This document shows, piece by piece, positions 7,589 to 14,028 of a stretch of DNA of 14,028 nucleotides. Below the pieces are notes generated by a model, which made no database searches, had not been told where the DNA came from, and worked only from the letters and a program-made list of their open reading frames with translations. A program made the position numbers and the translations under genes. The stretch is from contig JAEOUE010000068.1 of the NCBI GenBank assembly GCA_016839515.1, forward strand, positions 1 through 14,028, given 5' to 3'. This DNA comes from Candidatus Hodarchaeum mangrovi (GTDB lineage: Archaea > Asgardarchaeota > Heimdallarchaeia > Hodarchaeales > Hodarchaeaceae). Positions within the stretch are counted from its first letter, which is position 1. Every line of letters starts with the position of its first letter.

Positions 7589-8704
7589 TTAAGTTATTTT
7601 GTCTAAGTTTCTAAATACACTAGATTGTGTCTGTTTACGTAGTTCCAATTCATGCTTAAGATAATCGATACTTTGTACGGTGTTAGGATCAACGTTATTC
7701 AGAATTGAAAGATAAATCGAGATATAATCTCCCATATAAGTTGCATAAATCAATTGATTAAGTAATTCTGATCCTTTAACATTCATTTCAACAATTTCTA
7801 CTTTATTGCGAATCATTTCCTTAGATATTTCAAATCTGAGAGAGACATTAGGGTGTTCAGAGGGGAATCGTAGGATGAATATAATGAAAGGATTCTCTTC
7901 ACTATAAGATTCCCATCCAACAATATGATTATGGTTAAACTCAGGAATCTCTTCAGAAAATGCCTGCATTTTCGAATTTTCATTAATTTGGCATTTTATT
8001 CTATTTCCAACGCATTTATAGGGAGACCAGATGACTGGAATTTTTTTATAGAGAGATTTAGCAATCGTTTTGGCAGGGTTATCAGAGGATGGAATATCTA
8101 GCTTACATTCTTCTCTAATTACCTTAATATTGTTCAGAATTTCTTTAATTACATTATTATCCAAATTATAAATATCAAAATCCCCTAAAATCTTTAAAAG
8201 CGGGAATAATAGAAGAGGAAAAGACGCACGCGGTTGCATACCTCCTGGAATTTTGAAATATGGAAGGTTATTCTTTGAAAAGAATTCAAGCAGCTTTCCT
8301 CCTGATGCTATACCAACAATCATAGTATTTTTTTGTAGGGCTTCAATCAAACAGGAAATTGTTTCCTCAGTATTACCTGAGTATGAAATAAGAATAGTTA
8401 AAGTTTGTTTATCAACAAATTCTGGAATTGAGTAATTTCTTCGTACTAAAATTGGGATATCAATTTTATTTTCTAAAAATGTCGTTAAATAGTCACCACT
8501 AACAGCAGATCCTCCCATTCCACAGATGAGAATATTTCTGACCTTATTTTGATAGTTGATAAGTTGATTTTGCATTTGGATTTGTTGAGGAATTTTAATA
8601 TTCGTATTTAAAGCATCTTCAATGAAATCTGGCCATTTATACACAATATCTAACATTCCTTGGGGATCAAGACGTTTTATTAGCTTTATATTGTTCAGAT
8701 CCAT
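7589..8704 (-). CDS. Bifunctional phosphoglucose/phosphomannose isomerase (PGI/PMI family, SIS domains)
   Basis: ICGMGGSAVSGD, ISYSGNTEET, GMQPRAS, KCQINENSK, IPEFNHN and C-terminal GDYISIYLS...VDP...IDYLK are all characteristic of this family. Confidence 0.93.
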   Translation of the reverse strand: MDLNNIKLIKRLDPQGMLDIVYKWPDFIEDALNTNIKIPQQIQMQNQLINYQNKVRNILICGMGGSAVSGDYLTTFLENKIDIPILVRRNYSIPEFVDKQTLTILISYSGNTEETISCLIEALQKNTMIVGIASGGKLLEFFSKNNLPYFKIPGGMQPRASFPLLLFPLLKILGDFDIYNLDNNVIKEILNNIKVIREECKLDIPSSDNPAKTIAKSLYKKIPVIWSPYKCVGNRIKCQINENSKMQAFSEEIPEFNHNHIVGWESYSEENPFIIFILRFPSEHPNVSLRFEISKEMIRNKVEIVEMNVKGSELLNQLIYATYMGDYISIYLSILNNVDPNTVQSIDYLKHELELRKQTQSSVFRNLDKIT

Positions 8705-8861
8705 TATCCAAAACCTACGAAGGATTGTTTTGATAGAATAATACCTTGACTTTACATAATAGAATTATTTTATTTAGTTTAGATATTTTGTGAAGGATCT
8801 TGCGAGTGAAATAATAAACAAGTAAACTTCAGTTTTTCTTAATTTCTAGTAATCTTTTAGG

Positions 8862-8879
8862 ATAATATCAAGATATTAT
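8862..8879. promoter_or_regulatory. Perfect inverted repeat ATAATATC-aa-GATATTAT; candidate operator
   Basis: 8-bp arms with a 2-nt spacer in the divergent intergenic region, about 45 nt upstream of a TATA-like TTTATATT (8924-8931). The palindrome is seen directly; its function is inferred. Confidence 0.4.
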
Positions 8880-9003
8880 TTACCTTATTTTTCTAGGTTT
8901 TTATTCATTGATTACATAATATGTTTATATTAGAAGATAGTCAATGGAATATTTTTTACATTATTTGATCTTTGTCAAAAATTATTGTTCAGAGGATCAT
9001 TTT

Positions 9004-9471
9004 ATGGAACAAAATTACCTTCAAGTCATTCAGTTTTTAGGTGAAAAAGGATATTTTGCTCGAACTGATGCTGAGAAGATTATACTGGAAGAATTAATTG
9101 AAAAAGGTTTTATTCAACGGAAAAAAGGAACAAAGAGTGTATATCAAATCACTACAGAGGGCCAAAATTATTTATCTCGAGAATTGAACCCTAATACCAA
9201 GATTACAGATGGTGAATTTCTAGAACTTATAAAAGCTGCTTATCATAGTTTACGAACTCCTATGAAACCCTTGGTTCGCATTCCTGAAGTTAAAAAAAAG
9301 TTAAATAATTTAAGAATACCAGATTCATATTTTAACTCTAGATTATTAAATTTACATGATAAGGGAGTTCTTACGCTCCATACTGCGTTATCTAAGAATT
9401 ATGCAAAACAGGGAGGTATTGAATCTAACTCTGGGACTGGGATATATTATTATCTTATGTTTGAGGCGTAA
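9004..9471 (+). CDS. Small protein with two winged helix-turn-helix-like domains; putative DNA-binding partner of the downstream ATPase
   Basis: N-terminal ILEELIEKGFIQRKKGTKSVYQITTEGQNYL is a typical wHTH recognition helix plus wing. C-terminal LVRIPEVKKKL...DSYFNSRLLNLHDKGVLTL...GGI...YYYLMF is a second wHTH-like unit. ATG 9004 is preferred over 8944 because AGAGGA lies at 8991-8996. Confidence 0.7.
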   Translation: MEQNYLQVIQFLGEKGYFARTDAEKIILEELIEKGFIQRKKGTKSVYQITTEGQNYLSRELNPNTKITDGEFLELIKAAYHSLRTPMKPLVRIPEVKKKLNNLRIPDSYFNSRLLNLHDKGVLTLHTALSKNYAKQGGIESNSGTGIYYYLMFEA

Positions 9472-9476
9472 TAAAA

Positions 9477-10850
9477 ATGACTCACGTTGCAAATCTAATG
9501 GTAGAAAATCCTTTTCATAATTTTACTGCTCGTGCAGACATCCCCGAGCTTTTTAACCTAAATAGACCCAATAAAGAAGCTCTTAATCAAGTCATCAGAT
9601 TCCTTGATATTATTAGAAAGAAAAAAAGAGAGTCCGTAATTCTTCCAATAATTGCGGAGGCTGGTTTTGGTAAAACTCATTTTTATTGGGTTCTTCGTGA
9701 AACCATTAATGATGCATACGTAGTATATATTCCTGTTCCCAGTAATCCTAAGCGAATTTATTCCCATTTTTATTTTGAAACAGTAAAAGCTGGTGGAGCA
9801 CCTCTTCTTGAATATATTGCAGATTTTTTGACAGGTAAATATTCAAAAGTAGAACATGCAGCAGTTGATTATTCTGGATTGGGAAATATTGTACTTGACG
9901 CTTTTTTCGCTTTAAAAAATCAAAAACAGTCTAAAATAGCATTGAAATGGTTAACTGGATTTGATTTAGATGAGGAAACAACCCAATTTAAACGTACAAT
10001 TATGGATGATGAAGAACTTGCATTTGCTGCCCTTAAAATAATTTTAAAGATTATAGATAAGCCAATAATTTTCTTTGTTGATGAGCTTGAATCTTTATTT
10101 ATTTCATTAGGACCAGAGGCCGAATTGCAATTTCTTGAGAATCTAAAAAAGATGTTCAATGAAGCCTCAAATTTTCTAATGTGTCTTTCGTGTTTAGCAA
10201 CACTATGGGATAAGCTTCTAGATTTATCATCAAGTGCAGTTCAAGGCCGAATTGAACCTCCAGTTGTTTTAAAAAGGTTTACGAAAAAGGATATTGAACA
10301 TTATTGTATTCATATGCTAGAAGAGTTCCATCATAAATTTGAAGTTCACATCTCTGAACCTAACATTTTATGGCCCCTTAAAGATTCAGACATTGAGTCA
10401 GCATATGCGTATTCACATGGAAATCCGCGTGAAGCTATTAAATGGTTGAATGGAATTATCGAAGAAAGAAAAGAACCGATATTAGATAGTATAAGAAAAA
10501 ATAATGAATATCTATCTGAAACTGGGAAAAAAGTAAAAATAGCAATTGAAAAAGTCAAAAAAATTGGTACAGGAGTTTTTCAAAAGCATAATGGGATTTT
10601 TATTTCATTAAATATCCCTGATAAGAAAATTTTGACAATTATTCCCCCATTGAAAGATATTGATGAATTCTTACTACATTCATACTGGTCTGCTCTGAAA
10701 AAACTTTTAGAAGAAGAAGAATATAGTGAAATATTCGTAATTGGTGAAGTTTTCAAAGGATTTGAGCTAAATGATGTCAAAATTCAAGCTTTTCATGAAG
10801 AAAATTTAGATTCATCTTTTATTGAAACCTTGAAAAAATCAGTTTCTTAA
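9477..10850 (+). CDS. AAA+ P-loop ATPase (BrxD/DUF2791-like or Cdc6-clade related) with an alpha/beta C-terminal domain
   Basis: N-terminal NPF, Walker A AEAGFGKT (9654-9677), KWLTG (9945-9959), Walker B IIFFVDELE (10065-10091), putative arginine finger SAVQGR (Arg 10248) and sensor-2-like GNPRE (10419-10433). Starts 5 nt after the upstream stop, with GAGG at 9463-9466. Confidence 0.85.
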   Translation: MTHVANLMVENPFHNFTARADIPELFNLNRPNKEALNQVIRFLDIIRKKKRESVILPIIAEAGFGKTHFYWVLRETINDAYVVYIPVPSNPKRIYSHFYFETVKAGGAPLLEYIADFLTGKYSKVEHAAVDYSGLGNIVLDAFFALKNQKQSKIALKWLTGFDLDEETTQFKRTIMDDEELAFAALKIILKIIDKPIIFFVDELESLFISLGPEAELQFLENLKKMFNEASNFLMCLSCLATLWDKLLDLSSSAVQGRIEPPVVLKRFTKKDIEHYCIHMLEEFHHKFEVHISEPNILWPLKDSDIESAYAYSHGNPREAIKWLNGIIEERKEPILDSIRKNNEYLSETGKKVKIAIEKVKKIGTGVFQKHNGIFISLNIPDKKILTIIPPLKDIDEFLLHSYWSALKKLLEEEEYSEIFVIGEVFKGFELNDVKIQAFHEENLDSSFIETLKKSVS

Positions 10851-10872
10851 TATTTCTCTCCCTTTTCCTCTT
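10851..10872 (+). terminator. Pyrimidine-rich tract after the ATPase stop; possible archaeal terminator
   Basis: tatttctctcccttttcctctt lies directly after the TAA at 10850. Archaeal termination is associated with T/pyrimidine-rich tracts. Confidence 0.3.
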
Positions 10873-10945
10873 AGTAGAAAGAATATAAACAATTCTTATA
10901 AGAGAAAATTTGATCATCTTGTCTATTTTTTTTGGAGAAAAATCG

Positions 10946-12040
10946 ATGATTAATTCATTTCAAGATCCAGAGGTTGTAAAAACTTTAAAAGATAAAATCA
11001 CGAAGATTTCCCATGAGCTCAAGGAAAATATAAAGATCTGTCATGTTTGTGGCACTCATGAATACACAATTAGCCATTGGGGAATCCGGAATTTGCTTCC
11101 TTCTAATATTGAAGTTATAGCTGGACCTGGGTGCCCTGTTTGTATTTGTCCTAGCAAGGATATTGAACATTGTATATGGTTAGCAAAACAAGGTTATATT
11201 TTGGCTACATTTGGTGATATGGCTCGAGTACCCTGTGAGAAAGGATCTTTATTATCTGCTCGTGCGGAAGGTGCCGATATTCGGGTTGTTTATAGCTTTT
11301 TAGATGCAATGAAGCTGGCAAAACAAAACCCAGAACGTGAATTGGTTTTTTTTTCTATTGGATTTGAAACAACTGCTCCTATGGTTGCGATCGAATTAAT
11401 TAATAAATCGATTCCGAGAAATTTGTCTATTCTCAGTTCGCATCGTTTAGTTCCTCCAGCAATGGAATTGCTACTTAATGCACCAGAAATTCCTTTACAT
11501 GGATTTATAGCCCCAGGACATGTATCAGCAATAACAGGATCAAAAGTCTATGAGCCATTAAGTAATAAATACAAAAAATCTATAGTCATTGCAGGATTTG
11601 AACCAGTAGATGTGTTATTTGGAATTCTTAGCATCCTGTATCAAATTAAAGAAAAGAATTTCAAAACTGAAAATCTATATCCACGGGTTGTAACCCGTGA
11701 AGGGAATAAAACAGCTCTGGAAGCTATTAAAATAGCTTATTCGGTGATTGATGCCAATTGGAGGGGAATCGGCGAAGTACAAAAATCTGGATTAGAAATC
11801 TCTGAAAAATTTGAAGAATTCAACATTCGTCTGAAAGAAAAGCTTCCACCAGTTTCTAGTGTGGAAATGCCATCTGGATGTCGTTGTGCTGAAGTTATCT
11901 TAGGAAAGATTTATCCTGATGAATGTCCATTATTTAATCGAAAATGCACCCCAGAAAATCCAGTTGGACCTTGTATGGTAGGGATAGAGGGAACTTGTGC
12001 CATACATGCAAAATATGGGAGTAATTTTCCTCTAGTTTAG
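10946..12040 (+). CDS. hypD: [NiFe]-hydrogenase maturation protein HypD
   Basis: HVCGTHE, GPGCPVC, TFGDMARVP, GFETTAP, PGHVS, GFEP, WRG and the C-terminal Fe-S motif CRCAEVILG...CPLF...CTPENPVGPCMV..EGTC. ATG 10946 has GGAG at 10934-10937; the ORF track starts at TTG 10910. Confidence 0.97.
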   Translation: MINSFQDPEVVKTLKDKITKISHELKENIKICHVCGTHEYTISHWGIRNLLPSNIEVIAGPGCPVCICPSKDIEHCIWLAKQGYILATFGDMARVPCEKGSLLSARAEGADIRVVYSFLDAMKLAKQNPERELVFFSIGFETTAPMVAIELINKSIPRNLSILSSHRLVPPAMELLLNAPEIPLHGFIAPGHVSAITGSKVYEPLSNKYKKSIVIAGFEPVDVLFGILSILYQIKEKNFKTENLYPRVVTREGNKTALEAIKIAYSVIDANWRGIGEVQKSGLEISEKFEEFNIRLKEKLPPVSSVEMPSGCRCAEVILGKIYPDECPLFNRKCTPENPVGPCMVGIEGTCAIHAKYGSNFPLV

Positions 12041-12164
12041 ATAGAAGCTAGAAGATCTTCAAAAAATACTTGATTCTGTTTGAATCTATAGAAATATCAA
12101 TAAATATTTCTTTCTAGACTCAAAAAGTTCAAAATTAGTTATCCTCTCTAATTATGTGATTTTA

Positions 12165-14028
12165 ATGACTGTGCTAGCAAGTCACAAACGAAGATCAGCT
12201 TATCGTTTTCAAAGAGATATTAGATTAGAAATTATAGCAATATTCATCGGATTCCTTGGTGGTATTGCAGGTATTGTCTTCCGTAAAGCTATTGAGATTC
12301 TAGATGAATTATTATTTCAGGAACATGGATTAATCCATTTTTTTCGCAATAATTACGGTGATATTTTTGCCACTGTTTTAATTATAATAATCCCTGCCAT
12401 AGGTGGTTTTATCGTTGGATATGCAATTTATAGAGCTTTTCCTCTTTCTAAAGGACATGGAATTCCGAATGTTTTGGAAGCTATGCATACTCATACACCT
12501 ATCAAACCAAGAACTCCAATTGGGAAATTTATTTTATCTATACTCACAATTGGATCTGGACTAAGTGCTGGATCAGAAGGACCCATTGCACAAATTGGGG
12601 CTGGGGCTGGGTCTTACATAGCAACAAGATTTCGTTATAGTTCTGCTGAATCTAACATTCTGATTGCTGCTGGGGCTGGAGCTGGTATTGCTGCTGTTTT
12701 CAACGCACCTTTGGGAGGAACTATTTTCGCCTTAGAAGTATTATTGGCAACTATCACATTACATACCGCAGTTCCAATTGCCATAGCGTGTATAGTTGCA
12801 GTAACCGTAAATTTTGTAATTTTAGGAAATATTGGAAGCGTATTCTTGGTTCCAGCTTATGAATTAGGATCACTTGCTGAAATTCCATTAATTTTACTTA
12901 TGGGAATTTTTCTAGGTTTAATTGGAATATTCTGGCAAAAAGCTTTATATTTTGCTGAGAATTTTTTTGATAAAAATCGATTTTCTTTACCCATAGATAC
13001 TGCAATTGGTGGTACTATAGTAGGGATAATCCTTGTAATTTTTTCGCTTGATCTTCGCGGTGCGGGTTATCCAATTATTCATATAGCATTGGATGGAGAA
13101 TTTCAGTCTCTTACTTCCTTAACAGGTTTAGCTTTAGGGCTTTTTCTAATACTGTTTTGCTTTCTTAAAATTGTTGCAACATCTCTATCGTTAGGTAGTG
13201 GAGTTTCGGGAGGGATTTTTGCTCCATCATTATTCATGGGAGCAACTTTTGGAGCGGGATTTGCTGTTTTATTTAATGCTATATTCGGATTAAGTCTGAA
13301 TATTGGATTTTATTCTCTTCTTGGGTTAGCTTCCTTATTTGCAGCTTCAGCTCGTGCACCTATTACAATGATCGTCATCACGCTTGAAATGAGTGGAGAC
13401 CTTAAGATTTTACCCTCAATGATGCTTGTAGTTTTAGTAGCATTCCTTGTTCACTTGCTACTTGTTGAGGAGAGTATTTATACAGAAAAGATTGTTCATA
13501 AAGGTATATCAAGTACTGCAAGGACAACTGATGAATTAATGAACTTCATTACTTTAGAAGAGGTCATGAGTAAAGAAGTAATAGCTATTTTAGAAGACAC
13601 ATTAACTACTGATTTGTTAGATATCTTTATGTGTTATAAACATTTAGGTTATCCTATAGTTGATAAGGAGGGAAATCTTAAGGGACTTGTAACCATGTTT
13701 GATCTCCGAAGAATCCGAGCTCAACGATTAGCGATTCAAGATATGAAAGTAAGTGAAATTATGACAAAAGATTTAATTGTTGGTTCACCGTCAATGACTG
13801 TTCGGGAGGCAACTGACTTGATGCATCGGTACATTATAGGTAGACTTCCTGTGGTGTACAGAAACGGAAACTTGATGAAGCTCATTGGAATATTTACTCG
13901 TTCTGATATTATTAAAACAATTGAATCATTCCAAGGTTTTATTGAAGGTGAACGAGATCAAATAAGACGAAATTATGATCGGATTGTTGAAAACCCAATG
14001 ATTGAGGTAATCCCTACAACCTATCATC
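12165..14028 (+). CDS. ClC family chloride channel/transporter with two C-terminal CBS domains; 3' end truncated by the window edge
   Basis: Not in the ORF track because no stop occurs before the window end. Hand translation from ATG 12165 (GTGAT SD at 12156-12160) gives MTVLASHKRRS..., GHGIP (12453-12467), GSEGP (12570-12584), FNAPLGGTIFALEV, GGIFAP (13209-13226), RAPIT...EMSGD and ESIY (Tyr 13479). A CBS pair follows (EVMSKEV...GYPIVD...GLVTMFD; EIMTKDL...GRLPVV...GIFTRSDI). Confidence 0.95.
   Translation, partial: MTVLASHKRRSAYRFQRDIRLEIIAIFIGFLGGIAGIVFRKAIEILDELLFQEHGLIHFFRNNYGDIFATVLIIIIPAIGGFIVGYAIYRAFPLSKGHGIPNVLEAMHTHTPIKPRTPIGKFILSILTIGSGLSAGSEGPIAQIGAGAGSYIATRFRYSSAESNILIAAGAGAGIAAVFNAPLGGTIFALEVLLATITLHTAVPIAIACIVAVTVNFVILGNIGSVFLVPAYELGSLAEIPLILLMGIFLGLIGIFWQKALYFAENFFDKNRFSLPIDTAIGGTIVGIILVIFSLDLRGAGYPIIHIALDGEFQSLTSLTGLALGLFLILFCFLKIVATSLSLGSGVSGGIFAPSLFMGATFGAGFAVLFNAIFGLSLNIGFYSLLGLASLFAASARAPITMIVITLEMSGDLKILPSMMLVVLVAFLVHLLLVEESIYTEKIVHKGISSTARTTDELMNFITLEEVMSKEVIAILEDTLTTDLLDIFMCYKHLGYPIVDKEGNLKGLVTMFDLRRIRAQRLAIQDMKVSEIMTKDLIVGSPSMTVREATDLMHRYIIGRLPVVYRNGNLMKLIGIFTRSDIIKTIESFQGFIEGERDQIRRNYDRIVENPMIEVIPTTYH

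Noticed and set aside
4381-8435. Short ORFs 4381-4575 (-), 6382-6597 (+) and 8253-8435 (+)
   Set aside because: All lie antisense within longer, well-supported genes and show no independent coding signal.
8705-9003. Replication origin next to a Cdc6-like ATPase
   Set aside because: The region is AT-rich, but I see no ORB/mini-ORB motif with a G-string, and the ATPase lacks a recognisable Orc1/Cdc6 C-terminal wHTH.
9477-10850. Complete BREX defence system
   Set aside because: Only a BrxD-like ATPase is present. No pglX, pglZ, brxC or helicase is in the window, and the flanking genes are housekeeping.
9558-11170. Short minus-strand ORFs 9558-9767, 9920-10159, 10346-10558, 10580-10780 and 10985-11170
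   Set aside because: Antisense shadows of the ATPase and hypD genes.
12038-12040. Stop-codon readthrough (pyrrolysine) at the hypD TAG
   Set aside because: HypD is already complete at this point, and an in-frame TGA follows after about 10 codons.
12051-12111. Small palindromes after hypD (GAAGATCTTC at 12051-12060; AGAAATAT-N6-ATATTTCT at 12090-12111)
   Set aside because: Short, AT-rich and weak as hairpins; compatible with chance. Not enough to call a terminator, operator or riboswitch.
1-14028. CRISPR arrays, tRNA/rRNA genes, IS elements or integrases
   Set aside because: No regularly spaced repeats, no GC-rich structured RNA segments and no transposase or integrase motifs were seen. Nearly all the sequence is accounted for by protein-coding genes.

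Overview
A gene-dense, AT-rich (roughly 30-35% GC by eye) archaeal chromosomal segment. It is most plausibly from an Asgard archaeon, inferred from a longin-like protein, GGTGA/GAGG-type ribosome-binding sites and an archaeal geranylgeranyl reductase. Genes left to right: (1) 5'-truncated thioredoxin-fold protein fused to two tandem V4R-type domains (+); (2) ATGA-coupled minus-strand pair of a GT-C glycosyltransferase and a rhomboid protease; (3) overlapping plus-strand pair of a longin-like protein and an unassignable 599-aa helical protein; (4) geranylgeranyl reductase and bifunctional PGI/PMI (-); (5) an AT-rich divergent intergenic region with an 18-bp palindrome; (6) a double winged-helix protein plus a BrxD/DUF2791-like AAA+ ATPase (+); (7) HypD; (8) a 3'-truncated ClC channel/transporter with two CBS domains, absent from the ORF track. 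I saw no rRNA, tRNA, CRISPR array or mobile element. The best candidates for undescribed systems are the Trx-V4R-V4R fusion, the longin + helical-protein pair, the wHTH + AAA+ module and the GT-C + rhomboid pair. All family calls come from motif recognition by eye, not database searches.
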